Source: Opitutales bacterium (GTDB lineage: Bacteria; Verrucomicrobiota; Verrucomicrobiia; Opitutales; PNEW01). Taken from it: a stretch of DNA of 64,000 nt. A program made the translations under genes and the position numbers. The stretch spans positions 896,001-960,000 of the forward strand of contig CBDANS010000007.1 of NCBI GenBank assembly GCA_965197745.1. Reading direction: 5' to 3'. This document shows positions 10,953-21,415 of this stretch, one piece after another. How positions within the stretch are numbered: position 1 is the stretch's first letter; each line of letters begins with the position of its first letter. Under the pieces are notes generated by a model. That model was not told the origin of the DNA, ran no database searches, and saw only the letters and a list, made by a program, of their open reading frames with translations.

Positions 10953-11804
10953 ATGATTAAATCGATAAAAACAACCGAGCGTGTCTTAACCGATTCCCAG
11001 GTTGAACATTTTAATACTTTTGGTTTTCTCCTGCGCCGAAAACTGTTCAGTGCTGAGGAAATGAATAAAATCAGTAAAGAGTATGAAATCGGGCTGACCA
11101 ATACCATGAACCATAATAAAAAAGCGGTGGGCGAACGCGGGCAGTTTAACTGGTCGAATTTGAGCCCCCGGATTTCATATATAAGTGGTCTTATGGAAGA
11201 CCCGCGTATTGTTGGCGCTGCAGAGCAACTGCTGGGTGAAGATGCCTTCGGTAACAGTACTAACTGCAACCTCTTTAATGGAAACCGCACGGAATGGCAT
11301 CCAGATTTGGACACCCATCATTTTAGGGGGGCTAAATTCCTTCTCTATTCACCTGCTATCGACGGTAATAGCGGGGCACTGCGCGTTATTCCGGGGTCAC
11401 ATAAAGCTGAATTTAGCGAGCAGCTTCATCGCATCGGTCTGAAAGGATCCAGCGATGTGACCAACAGTTCCTATTTAGAACGATCAGGACTCGGGATAAA
11501 TGATATCCCGGCCTATGTATGTAATTCAGAGCCCGGGGACATGATAACTTTTGATTCTCGACTCTGGCATGCCTCCTGGGCTGGAAAAAAAGGACGACGC
11601 ATGGTTAGTTTCAATTTCTGTGCTTACCCAAAAACGGCCGAGGAAAAGCAGGCGATGATACTGGATGCAGAGATATCGCGTAATATTGTTAAGGAATTAT
11701 TCCCCGAACCGCCAAATTATGACCTGTGGCTGGAGCGTGCCGAAAGTAACCCGAGATTTAAACACTGGGTGCCCGCTTTAAAAAAGTTCGGGTTTATGGA
11801 CTAG
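10953..11804 (+). CDS. Phytanoyl-CoA dioxygenase (PhyH) family Fe(II)/2OG enzyme
   Basis: WHPD, GALRVIPGSH, LWHAS; ATG at 10953 aligns with the start of paralog 41644. Confidence 0.85.
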   Translation: MIKSIKTTERVLTDSQVEHFNTFGFLLRRKLFSAEEMNKISKEYEIGLTNTMNHNKKAVGERGQFNWSNLSPRISYISGLMEDPRIVGAAEQLLGEDAFGNSTNCNLFNGNRTEWHPDLDTHHFRGAKFLLYSPAIDGNSGALRVIPGSHKAEFSEQLHRIGLKGSSDVTNSSYLERSGLGINDIPAYVCNSEPGDMITFDSRLWHASWAGKKGRRMVSFNFCAYPKTAEEKQAMILDAEISRNIVKELFPEPPNYDLWLERAESNPRFKHWVPALKKFGFMD

Positions 11805-11952
11805 GTGAAAAGTCTAAAGTCGAAGGTCAAAAGTCGAATGAGAAGATAATATTTTTATACTAGATCCTTCAATTTATAATCCATTTTCTTATATAAAACT
11901 TAAAACCTAACACTGAAAAATAGTTAATTTTTCAACTTTCGACACTTCGCCT

Positions 11953-12786
11953 ATGGCCCTTCAAATTGACAGTCAACTTCCACTCAACGATGGACATTTC
12001 ATACCTCGACTGGGACTGGGAGTATATGAGATGCGATCGGGTGCAAAATCGGTTGAAACTATCGCCTATGCGCTAAAAGAAGGTTACCGGCATCTTGATA
12101 CCGCCAGTTTATATAAAAATGAAGCCGAAGTTGGTGAGGCGGTGCGTGCCTCAGGATTGAATCGTGAAGATGTTTTTGTGACGACAAAACTTTGGAACAG
12201 TGATCACGGTTATGATTCCGCTTTGAAAGCTTTTGAAATTAGCCTTAATTTGATGAAACTCGATTATGTTGACCTCTACCTTATCCACTGGCCTGTTACG
12301 CAAGGCCGACTGGAATCGTGGAAAGCACTCGAGAAACTACACGAAGAGGGTAGTTGCAAGTCGATCGGGGTGAGTAATTATATGGTCAGTCATATAGAGG
12401 AACTTCTTAAAGAGGTGACGGTTGTTCCAGCAGTTAATCAAATTGAACTCCATCCCTTTAATTATACACACCGTAAACCAGTGATCGAATGCTGTCAGGA
12501 ACACAATATCGGTGTTGAATGTTATAGCCCGTTGACAAAAGGAATGCGATTGGGTGATCCAGAATTATTAAAATTCGCTGAGCGATATGATCGCTCAACC
12601 GCGCAAATGCTTATTCGTTGGGGGCTGCAGAAAGGTTTTATCACCATCCCTAAATCTGCGCGTCCCGAACGTATTCTCGAAAATGCAAATGTATTCGACT
12701 TCTCGATCAGCAATGAGGATATGGATGCTCTCGATGCGCTCAATGAAAATTACAACTGCACCTGGGATCCGACCGATGAGCCCTGA
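11953..12786 (+). CDS. Aldo/keto reductase
   Basis: GYRHLDTASLY, TTKLWN, DLYLIHWP, IGVSN, IPKS. Confidence 0.95.
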   Translation: MALQIDSQLPLNDGHFIPRLGLGVYEMRSGAKSVETIAYALKEGYRHLDTASLYKNEAEVGEAVRASGLNREDVFVTTKLWNSDHGYDSALKAFEISLNLMKLDYVDLYLIHWPVTQGRLESWKALEKLHEEGSCKSIGVSNYMVSHIEELLKEVTVVPAVNQIELHPFNYTHRKPVIECCQEHNIGVECYSPLTKGMRLGDPELLKFAERYDRSTAQMLIRWGLQKGFITIPKSARPERILENANVFDFSISNEDMDALDALNENYNCTWDPTDEP

Positions 12787-12817
12787 AGCAGGGCCCACCG
12801 TTTTTTATAAAAAGGAA

Positions 12818-13762
12818 CTAAAAATTCTCCCGCGCAATTTCAGGCGCCCAGTATTCATCGAAGGCACGTTTTAATTCCAACCTCAATTGATCGGATACCG
12901 GATAATAGGGTGCACGTGTAATTCCCGAGTCTTCAAGCCATCCTGTAAGAGCCGTCCGTGCTTTTCCTGCGATTCCATGGCGATGCCCGGCATCACGTAT
13001 CGATTTAAGGTTTTTGGATTCCCAATCAAGCAGCTTTTTGTGATACTGAGTTGCTTCATCCCAGTTACCGTCCTTACAGGTATTCATATACTGTATGTGC
13101 CATTGTGGCAAAGTATTAACCCAGTAGCTGTAACAGCCCTTCGCGCCAAGCATCATGCCTACGGCCATGCTGGGATCAGTGGTGAAATGAGCGAGATGAC
13201 CGGAGTTATTCATAATCTCCGTAAGTTCACCTATAACTGATGTTGCCAGCTTGGAGCCGATAAACTGTTCCGGAAATAACCGGGCAAGACGCGCATAATC
13301 TACACCTGTTAAAGAAGGACCGCATCGTGGGTGAGCATAGTGTACCCAGCGTGCCTCTGGAGCCGCCTCAACCAGGTCTTCCCAAAATCTTTCGATATCA
13401 GTTTTTGCCAATGGCATAAAAAATGGAAAGGCGACATGAAAATTAGGGATACCGACATCACAGGCTATTTTAATTCGATCGATAATCCCCTGGGTGGAAC
13501 TCCAGGTTACTCCCATTGCGGCATCTACTCCTGTAGGTTTCATAGCCTTGCTAAAGATTTCTGCCAACTGCTGAAATTCATTTTGCTCGATAGCGTAAAA
13601 TTCCCCGTCGCTATCGGTGGTATAAATTCCATCCACTCCAGCCGACGCTAATTTTTCGCAATTTCGCTGAAGAATAGCCCCATCAATTTCTCCATGTGTC
13701 GTCCATGGTGTGGCCACGGCTGACCATAGACCTTGGAGAGTGGTGGGGTCGAGGGCTCTCAT
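12818..13762 (-). CDS. Dihydrodipicolinate synthase/N-acetylneuraminate lyase-like protein
   Basis: GLWSAVATPW, DSDGEF, IGSK Schiff-base Lys, TRAPY. Confidence 0.75.
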   Translation of the reverse strand: MRALDPTTLQGLWSAVATPWTTHGEIDGAILQRNCEKLASAGVDGIYTTDSDGEFYAIEQNEFQQLAEIFSKAMKPTGVDAAMGVTWSSTQGIIDRIKIACDVGIPNFHVAFPFFMPLAKTDIERFWEDLVEAAPEARWVHYAHPRCGPSLTGVDYARLARLFPEQFIGSKLATSVIGELTEIMNNSGHLAHFTTDPSMAVGMMLGAKGCYSYWVNTLPQWHIQYMNTCKDGNWDEATQYHKKLLDWESKNLKSIRDAGHRHGIAGKARTALTGWLEDSGITRAPYYPVSDQLRLELKRAFDEYWAPEIARENF

Positions 13763-13792
13763 GGCTCTTTATAAAAGAGCATTGAGAAGAAT

Positions 13793-15106
13793 TTAAAAGG
13801 AAAAATTGAGAGTATAATAATTGGCTATATAGCGTTCGAATGCATTTTCGACCACGACCAACTTTCGTTTGGCTAACTCCTGTTTGAAGCGCTCCGATAA
13901 AAAACCACTGACCCATATCTCTGTTTGTCCATTTCCCTGCTGGGATACTCGATCAAAATAATTCATTTTTTTGCGATCCACATCCGCATTTTCTTCGGTC
14001 CAAAATCCGTAATCAATTGAGGCGGGAATAATGCGTTTTCCCGACTTCGTATGACATACAATATATCCATGTTCAGCTTTAATGCTCACAATATTTTCGT
14101 AATTCTGATCGATCAAATATATTAGATCCGCAGTACGCTGAAAAAGGAAAGCTTCTTGAAAGCTCTCAGCCCCAAGAGCCACTTCACAGAATTCATTAAA
14201 ATTTTTAACCTGCTTGACATTAGACATTCTCCAACAAATGAGATTCTTTTGCGTTGGGGAGTACCACGGGTGACGAAGAACTTCCTTTGCTAATCGCTTA
14301 TTCAGTCTGGCTCCATCGCTGAAAAGTTTCCGATTGGCATCGGGGATTTCGTTCGGGAGCAAATCCTCGGCGAGGTCACGTACCTGATTAGATCGATTGG
14401 CAGCGCTGATGGCCATACCCGCTATTCCCATTGAGACAAATCTCAGAGGCATATTGACTGACATACCTCCAGCACAACAAGCCCAGGCAAGGTCTTTTAT
14501 CTCGTTTTGTAACTGCTCATTTGTTGAATAAGGGTCAACTGATAATTCTTGAGCGATTTCCTTTTTTGCCTTGGTGTATCCTAATAAGGCTGCAGCTGTA
14601 TTGTCTTTATAGTGCTCACCTGCTTTCACGTTCCCCCCAGACACTTTTCTTCCTGCTTTTCCAATGTAACGCGTGATGCTTTTAGGTACGTTTGCAACTG
14701 TGCCGATCGGATTGGTTATAGTATGATAGGCTCCCTGGAGAGGACTCATCGCTGCTGTAGCCATACTGTCGGTAAATACCTTTGACTGTTTAATCGCATC
14801 AATTTTAGCCAGTGCGTAAATTTCCTGCACACGAATTATCAACATGTCATTGCCAACAGCTCTGAAATAACCGAAATCCGAGTTGATATTGTAGTAGTTG
14901 GTAAATCCATCGTTGTATACAACTTCCTCTACTTCGTGGTAGGGACCTGATAGCACCGCTGCGGGCATAAGTTCGCTCGCTTTTAGAAGCGGAATTTCCT
15001 CGAATTCTTCAGGCTTTCCTTCAAGAGATCCTATCAGAGTGGCGGTACCCATTAAAATTGTGGCAACACACCTGATCATAAAACTATATCTGCTTATCAT
15101 AACCAT
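13793..15106 (-). CDS. Hypothetical secreted protein
   Basis: 437-aa ORF with signal-like N-terminus; no family recognised. Confidence 0.7.
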   Translation of the reverse strand: MVMISRYSFMIRCVATILMGTATLIGSLEGKPEEFEEIPLLKASELMPAAVLSGPYHEVEEVVYNDGFTNYYNINSDFGYFRAVGNDMLIIRVQEIYALAKIDAIKQSKVFTDSMATAAMSPLQGAYHTITNPIGTVANVPKSITRYIGKAGRKVSGGNVKAGEHYKDNTAAALLGYTKAKKEIAQELSVDPYSTNEQLQNEIKDLAWACCAGGMSVNMPLRFVSMGIAGMAISAANRSNQVRDLAEDLLPNEIPDANRKLFSDGARLNKRLAKEVLRHPWYSPTQKNLICWRMSNVKQVKNFNEFCEVALGAESFQEAFLFQRTADLIYLIDQNYENIVSIKAEHGYIVCHTKSGKRIIPASIDYGFWTEENADVDRKKMNYFDRVSQQGNGQTEIWVSGFLSERFKQELAKRKLVVVENAFERYIANYYTLNFSF

Positions 15107-15317
15107 CCTATCCCCTCTAGAAGACGTATTATTAAATATTAATGGGGATATTGTGGCAAGGATATCACTTTAACACGGGTAAGTTTTACGTTTTGCTTAC
15201 AATTGAATGAAAGGGTGTTTCATTATTGCGGTCACGACGACGCGTGGCCGTTGTTGTAATTTTTAAACCAAGAGAATAAATTGAGGGACGCGCAAGGCCT
15301 GTCGGCTATCTTAATTC

Positions 15318-15390
15318 GGGACGAAGAGACAGAGGCAGACCCGTCTTCGTCTCGCGATCACGAGACTACGTCGTGGCAAGCGAAGACGAA
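15318..15390 (-). repeat. REP-like dispersed repeat family A, copy 2
   Basis: Reverse complement ttcgtcttcgcttgccacgacgtagtctcgtgatcgcgagacgaagacgggtctgcctc. Confidence 0.75.
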
Positions 15391-15541
15391 AGATTATTAA
15401 TGATATCATTCCCATCCAATCATCCAACCTTCCACTTTAGTGCTTTTTGTGCCTTTGAAAGATCTCGCTACGCTCGGTAGTGGCTATTCTAATCGAAGAC
15501 GAAGAGTAAAATAAAAAGACACGCCAAGAATCGATTTCAAA

Positions 15542-16765
15542 TCATTTCTTTACGGTCTCGGATTTTGGAAGGATGGCATCTAATTTTCCCCCTAATGATC
15601 TTAAGGTCAGGTCCAGGTTTTCAGTGGTAAATCCAGAAACACTGTGGAGCTCTTTGCGAAATGTTGGATATAAGGGGGCGGCTTCAGCAAACTCGGATAG
15701 GGTGTAGGTTTTCTCGTAAGGAGAGAGTAAATAAAGAGGGGGGCTGTCATGCGGAAGTAGTTTTTTGATATAGAGGGCATCGCTTGAAATGAAATTTAAG
15801 AATTTATACGCGGCGTCCACCTTTTCCTTACTCAATTGGGAGTTCAGTACAAAAGTATCGACCCACGCTAAGCTGGTAGTCGATTCCATTCCCTGGTTAA
15901 AAATTGAAACGGTTATATTAGCGGGATCTAAGACGGGAGTTGGTTCAGTAGGTCTTTCGATCTCCTTAAGAATATAGTACATTCTCTCACTGTAACCTAC
16001 GAGAGCTCTACCCCTGGCGTGGGTAAATTCGTGAGTTTGAATCGGTGGCCAGACATTAAATAATTTTTCAGATCGGCTGATGCCGTGATCGGTCAGGGAC
16101 AAAAGTTCCTTCATCGCCATTACGGCCGGTGAGTAAAGTGTCCCGGTCTCAAGTGTAGCCATCGTCTCTTTTACCGTAAGGCCAAGATCAAACAGGCAGT
16201 CGACGTAGAGTTCACCGAGGGTGTATTGCTCTCCCATATACAGCAAAAGGCCTCTCCCCTTTTGGGGTGTTTTACCAATAGCGTTCACTAACGAGGCTCG
16301 ACTTGTCACTGATTGAACTTCTCTATCATTTTTCAAATGAAAGAGAAAAAGGGCGCAAACCCAGTGAGGAACGCCATACAGTTTATCGTCGTATTGGGAA
16401 GCTTCGAGGCAGAAGGGTAGACTGTCATTTCGGATATGAAGTCTGGTTAGATCAAGTTCTCGAACACGCCCTGCTTTGATGAAATCGGCCAAAAAAACTG
16501 TATCCAGTTCATATATATCGTAGTTTTTATCCAGTCCACTTGCGTTGTAATAATCCCAATTCTGTTCGCTAATTATTATATCAATATTTTCGTGCCTGGA
16601 TTCGAACTCGCTCTCTACTACTCGCCTTATGTGTTTGTAATCGGGCACGTAGGGATACAAGAGTACCGTCAATTGAGTTTTACGTGGCTGTCCTTGAGTG
16701 TGACCGGAAATGACCACCATCACCATTAGGAAAATAATGAACGCAGCATTTAAGGTTTTTCTCAT
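15542..16765 (-). CDS. Thiaminase I (thiamine pyridinylase) homologue, solute-binding-protein fold
   Basis: LYPYVPD, WDYY, YGVPHWVC (catalytic Cys position), GRALVGYSERM (catalytic Glu position); signal peptide. Confidence 0.75.
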   Translation of the reverse strand: MRKTLNAAFIIFLMVMVVISGHTQGQPRKTQLTVLLYPYVPDYKHIRRVVESEFESRHENIDIIISEQNWDYYNASGLDKNYDIYELDTVFLADFIKAGRVRELDLTRLHIRNDSLPFCLEASQYDDKLYGVPHWVCALFLFHLKNDREVQSVTSRASLVNAIGKTPQKGRGLLLYMGEQYTLGELYVDCLFDLGLTVKETMATLETGTLYSPAVMAMKELLSLTDHGISRSEKLFNVWPPIQTHEFTHARGRALVGYSERMYYILKEIERPTEPTPVLDPANITVSIFNQGMESTTSLAWVDTFVLNSQLSKEKVDAAYKFLNFISSDALYIKKLLPHDSPPLYLLSPYEKTYTLSEFAEAAPLYPTFRKELHSVSGFTTENLDLTLRSLGGKLDAILPKSETVKK

Positions 16766-16829
16766 CGTAGGGATACTAGATTTATTAAGGACAGAATAGG
16801 GTCAATAGCGAAGACGCAGATTATAAATA

Positions 16830-16858
16830 ATGTCGCTAAAAATTAATATATGTCGCTA
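16830..16858 (+). promoter_or_regulatory. Tandem direct repeat, candidate operator
   Basis: atgtcgcta at 16830 and 16850 (20-bp period) in a divergent intergenic region. Confidence 0.4.
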
Positions 16859-16926
16859 TGGAACAAATATAGACAATTGAAAAACTAAAAGATCTGATTA
16901 TTCTTAATCAATAAGACCAACTGTAA

Positions 16927-17316
16927 ATGCCCCCAAAACCTACAAAATTAATGAAATCTATCCTTATTGTAGAAGATGATGAAGTCTTACTGAAATCGAT
17001 ATCGATGGTGCTGGAGTCAGAAGGATATAAAGTGTCCTCCGGCTCTAACGGGCAGGAAGCTAAAGATCAATTAGAAGAATCAACGCCCGATCTCATTATT
17101 ACCGATATTATCATGGATGACATTGATGGATTTGAGGTTATTATACATGCAAAAAAACAAAGCCCTCAAACAAAATTAATTGTAATATCGGGGGGTGGTA
17201 TCGTTGATCCTAAACGATACCTGGCAACCGCTGAAAGCTTAGGGGTGGAATGTACGATGAAAAAACCATTTTCATTGGATGAATTAAGGGATGCAGTGAA
17301 AGGATTGCTTGAATAA
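16927..17316 (+). CDS. CheY-like response regulator
   Basis: ILIVEDD, DLIITDIIM, ISGGG, KPF. Confidence 0.9.
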   Translation: MPPKPTKLMKSILIVEDDEVLLKSISMVLESEGYKVSSGSNGQEAKDQLEESTPDLIITDIIMDDIDGFEVIIHAKKQSPQTKLIVISGGGIVDPKRYLATAESLGVECTMKKPFSLDELRDAVKGLLE

Positions 17317-17344
17317 AATAAATGATGCAAGTTACTGGTGAAAT

Positions 17345-17716
17345 TTGGTTGCGGTTGTGAAAAGACACTGGAGATTAAATCATCTGGATCGGGCACTTCA
17401 CTGGTTGCGAATGTCCAGTCTGGCAGATTACAATGCGCATAAATTGGCTGCATTAACGGGAATAACGGTGCGTCAATTAGAACGTTACTTTTTCAATGAT
17501 TTCAGTCGTAGTCCCCAGGATTGGTTGAATGAACAGAGAATGATCGCAGCGCGTTATCTTTTATTGGAATCGAGTTCCATTAAATCAGTCGCTCTCCATC
17601 TCGGATTTAAAGAACCCTCCCATTTTACTCATGTATTTAAAGATTATTATGGTATTAGTCCGTCAAAATATATAGAGTCTCAAACTAATTTATACCCTGA
17701 AGTCGCTGATGAATAA
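17345..17716 (+). CDS. Small AraC-family HTH regulator
   Basis: RQLERYF, SIKSVALHLGFKEPSHFTHVFKDYYGISPSKY. Confidence 0.85.
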   Translation: MVAVVKRHWRLNHLDRALHWLRMSSLADYNAHKLAALTGITVRQLERYFFNDFSRSPQDWLNEQRMIAARYLLLESSSIKSVALHLGFKEPSHFTHVFKDYYGISPSKYIESQTNLYPEVADE

Positions 17717-18158
17717 AAAAATATACATCATCGAAGATGACGAGTTGACGCAAAAAATGATCCGTATGGTCATTTCCAAATTCTTTGAAAACGCTGAGCT
17801 GGTTGGTTCTCATACAAACGGGCAGCAGGGATTGAGCGAATGTATAGCGTTACAACCGGATCTTGCGATCGTTGATATTCGGTTGCCCGATGTAAACGGG
17901 TTAGAAATATTGCATATTCTGAAAAAAAGAATGCCCCATACAAAAGTATTAATCTATTCAGGAATTCTCAGACCAAGTACCGTTAAGCGTGCCTATTTCG
18001 GAAACGCGGATGGGATACTTGAGAAGTCGGGGTCCGTGGAAGAATTAAAAATAGCTATCGAAAAATTATTATCGGGTGATTCCTACTACAGTCGGAATGT
18101 TACAGAGGACACTTTGCCCCATAATGCTGTCCCGCCATTTGTAGAATCAGAAATATAG
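17709..18158 (+). CDS. NarL-type response regulator receiver without HTH
   Basis: KIYIIEDD, PDLAIVDIRLPDVNG. Confidence 0.85.
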   Translation: MNKKIYIIEDDELTQKMIRMVISKFFENAELVGSHTNGQQGLSECIALQPDLAIVDIRLPDVNGLEILHILKKRMPHTKVLIYSGILRPSTVKRAYFGNADGILEKSGSVEELKIAIEKLLSGDSYYSRNVTEDTLPHNAVPPFVESEI

Positions 18159-18266
18159 TATCCCCCATTCCGCGAGTATCCTATCCATTGGTGTGATCGC
18201 AGTGTGACGTGAACTTTATGGCATTAGGATAAGTTGGACAATCAGGTGTACACCGACATTCTCTGC

Positions 18267-18713
18267 TTAGGAATGATGGGGCTTCCTTAGTAGAACGTAA
18301 CGATCCTCTTCCTGACGGTAATAACCCTTCACAAGTTTTCTCTCGTTGAACCCCCATTTTTCATAGAGGGATATCGCTGCATCATTGACGGGATCGACAG
18401 TCAGAAATGTGCACAGGTTTTGTCGGTCAATATCTATGAGCAGATGCTCAAACAGTTTGCTTCCTATTCCTTCTCCCCTGAAGGCTTTTTTTACAAAGAC
18501 CTTATGAATGCAATAATGCCCGTTTTTGCACGGAAACGCCAATATAGCGCCTACAATCCGTGATTCAATTTCAGCGCAAATGACAGACGCATGTTCCATC
18601 CAGATTCTCCATACATGTTCCCCGTCTGGAATGAATTCATAATCTTGCCAGACTTCTCGATCCAGTGCAGCAATTTTAAGAAAGTCTTCCGGGTCAGCCC
18701 ATTTAATTTTCAT
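18267..18713 (-). CDS. GNAT acetyltransferase (RimI-like)
   Basis: FRGEGIG, NDAAISLYEKWGF. Confidence 0.9.
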   Translation of the reverse strand: MKIKWADPEDFLKIAALDREVWQDYEFIPDGEHVWRIWMEHASVICAEIESRIVGAILAFPCKNGHYCIHKVFVKKAFRGEGIGSKLFEHLLIDIDRQNLCTFLTVDPVNDAAISLYEKWGFNERKLVKGYYRQEEDRYVLLRKPHHS

Positions 18714-18953
18714 TATTTGAGGTTCTTTTTATTTTGATTTTCATTTTTGGTGGCACCTTATTATATACAGCTATTGCGCGACATGATAATGCACCTGCTT
18801 ATCGGCTAGTTGTATTATAATAGACGGACATCTCAATACCTATTATCGCAAAAAGATAACTCGATATTTCCAACAGCCACTGAGTCCTGAATGGAATATT
18901 TCTCAATGCGTGTGTAAATTGAGTTATACCGATTGGGTAAACTTTTATCGTAA

Positions 18954-19376
18954 TTAATAATTTAGATAAAATTCGGTAAATACGGGTGTAGATTGAAAAG
19001 TGCTACCGGCGCTCATAACGTTATTAAACCCTATTGACCAATGGGTGTCATTAATGAGAAATTTGAATTTTATTTCACCTGTAGTCTCCTGCGTGGTCCA
19101 GGCCCATAGATCTGCGGCGAGATTTTCCATCGGGACTCCCTGATCCCAACTCAATCCACAACCGGCACCGCGAATATAGAGCTGGTTTCCAAAGCCGATA
19201 TCGGTCCTGGCTATGATCCTCGTTATCTCAATCGGGGGTGTCTTTTTTGTCGCTGATTGCGCTTTCTTTTTTCGTGCGGGTGTAGATTTTACTCTCCCTT
19301 TCTTTTTCACCGCTGGGGTTTTATTTAAGGCTTTTCTTGCCGTAGGTTTTTTCTTTGATGGCTTTTTACTAGGCAC
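18954..19376 (-). CDS. Lys/Ala-rich N-terminus fused to a small beta-sandwich (CBM20-like) domain
   Basis: Basic KKPSKKKP tract; DIGFGNQLYIRG..LSWDQG..FKFLIND..W. Confidence 0.6.
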   Translation of the reverse strand: MPSKKPSKKKPTARKALNKTPAVKKKGRVKSTPARKKKAQSATKKTPPIEITRIIARTDIGFGNQLYIRGAGCGLSWDQGVPMENLAADLWAWTTQETTGEIKFKFLINDTHWSIGFNNVMSAGSTFQSTPVFTEFYLNY

Positions 19377-19797
19377 GAATCTATATAGAATTTAATGAGA
19401 AATTTTGTTAATATATAAGTATCCAATCGATAGGTGAGTTAAATCAAATGCGATTTGGTTCATATTGAATTAATGAAGCAGGTGAGTTGATAAAGGCTAC
19501 CGAATATCACCATAAAAAAGTCGGCCCAGTCATTGCTCCGAATCATAGATGAACAATTGTATACGGTTAACCCGATGAGTCAATACAAGCCGTAAATTAA
19601 TGGAGCTGCGTTTGTGCTCTTTATTGAATTGCGTATACGCATTTTAAATTTTGGTTTGATTGACGACAGACCTGGCCTACAGTTCATTAGTGCTTCCGAT
19701 TAAAGATAATCACGCATTTCAGAATCGGAGTTTAAATATTCTTTTGATCCTATCGTTATAAATATTTGTGGCAGGATCGGGCCTTGAGGAAATAATT

Positions 19798-21372
19798 ATG
19801 ACTAACGAGAATCAACCAGACTACACATCACGTGTTCCAAAATACACGTTCGCTGACACGTTGGAAGAGCAAGAGACGCAACTGAAAACGAATCCCCTGA
19901 TTCAACGGTTTGTCGAGTCACGGAGAAAGATGTCCGGGGATCCGCACCGACCGATATACCATTACGTCAACCCGGAGCACCTGCTTAATGATCCCAACGG
20001 GCTGTCCTTCTGGCAAGGCCGTTGGCACCTTTTCTACCAGGGGTACCCGCCCGAAGATTCGCGCCAGCACTGGGGACACGCCATAAGCGATGATTTGGTC
20101 CACTGGCGCGACCTTCCCTATGCGATTTATCCCAATCCGGAAGAGTGCTGTTACTCAGGTGCCTCCCTGGTTGAAGAGGACCGTGTGATTGCCATGTATC
20201 ACGGAACGAAAGTCGGCAATATGGTGGCCACTTCAAGTGACCCCTTGTTATTGAACTGGGAGAAGGTGACTGGCCAAGCGGTAATCCCTATGCTCAATCC
20301 TGATGGAACGACGCCACCTTACCGGGTATTCGATCCCTGTATCTGGAAGAAAGATGACTTCTACTACTCACTTTCAGGAGGAACATTGCCAAAGGGACCC
20401 GGTGGCAAGATAATCCGCGCCAATTTTCTGTTTCGTTCAAAAGACCTGGCGAGCTGGGAGTATCTGCACCCCTTCGTTGAGGATGACCATTTCACTCTGG
20501 TTGGCGATGACGGAGCATGTCCCTACTTCTGGCCCATCGGGGACCGTCACATGCTTTTATTCTTCAGTCACATGAGTGGTGGACAATACCTCTTGGGTGA
20601 CTATGATGAGCAACGTGACAAATTCGTTGTCACCAATCATGCGAAATTCAATTTTGGGTCGTATCGCCCGGCGGGTGTACATGCGCCATCCGCGACACCT
20701 GACGGTGAAGGCGGAATCATCGTGATCTTCAACATGAATCCCGGCAAGCCCACAGAAGCCTGGGATCAAATCATGACGCTACCGCGACGCCTCACGCTAA
20801 GCTCAGAAGACGAGGTGGGAATTGAGCCGGCGGGAGATCTTGAATCACTGCGCCGCGATCACCAGCGAGTCGCTTCCATGACCCTTCCCGCGAATGAAGA
20901 AGTTGTTCTGGAAAACATCCGGGGTAATGCGATGGAGATCATCGTAGAGATCGATCCGAATGACTCGCCAATGATCGAAATGAACGTGTTGCGGGCCCCG
21001 AACAAGGAGGAATTTACCCGCATTGCATTTTTCAAGGATCGGGGTTACAGGAATCGGAATCACCGAACGGGTCCTTGTTACAGCTTGATTAGTATCGATT
21101 CGTCCTATTCGTCGCTTTCACCGGATGTCCTCTCGCGCGCACCCGAGACTGGGTCGGTTGCCATCGAAGCGGACGAACCGCTTCAGCTGCGCGTCTTCAT
21201 TGATCGGAGCGTCCTTGAAGTATTCGTCAATGGCAAGCAATGTATTGCCATGCGCGTCTATCCCGACCGCGATGATAGTGTCGGTGTATCGCTGCGCTCT
21301 CAGGGTCGGAACGCTGAGCTCAAATCACTCGATGCCTGGCAGATGGAGAAGATTTATGAGCCCGCTTCCTGA
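19798..21372 (+). CDS. Glycoside hydrolase family 32
   Basis: LNDPNG, WGHA, YSG, FDP, ACP; C-terminal DRSVLEVFVN; RBS gagg before ATG 19798. Confidence 0.9.
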   Translation: MTNENQPDYTSRVPKYTFADTLEEQETQLKTNPLIQRFVESRRKMSGDPHRPIYHYVNPEHLLNDPNGLSFWQGRWHLFYQGYPPEDSRQHWGHAISDDLVHWRDLPYAIYPNPEECCYSGASLVEEDRVIAMYHGTKVGNMVATSSDPLLLNWEKVTGQAVIPMLNPDGTTPPYRVFDPCIWKKDDFYYSLSGGTLPKGPGGKIIRANFLFRSKDLASWEYLHPFVEDDHFTLVGDDGACPYFWPIGDRHMLLFFSHMSGGQYLLGDYDEQRDKFVVTNHAKFNFGSYRPAGVHAPSATPDGEGGIIVIFNMNPGKPTEAWDQIMTLPRRLTLSSEDEVGIEPAGDLESLRRDHQRVASMTLPANEEVVLENIRGNAMEIIVEIDPNDSPMIEMNVLRAPNKEEFTRIAFFKDRGYRNRNHRTGPCYSLISIDSSYSSLSPDVLSRAPETGSVAIEADEPLQLRVFIDRSVLEVFVNGKQCIAMRVYPDRDDSVGVSLRSQGRNAELKSLDAWQMEKIYEPAS

Positions 21373-21415
21373 TCGGCGACTTAAGATCGCTGACTGACCG
21401 GATAGAGGTGACCTA

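Noticed and set aside
11805..11950. 7-bp periodic aagtcga-type repeats (also ~32010-32045) as a functional array
   Set aside because: Short degenerate intergenic repeats with no spacers or associated gene
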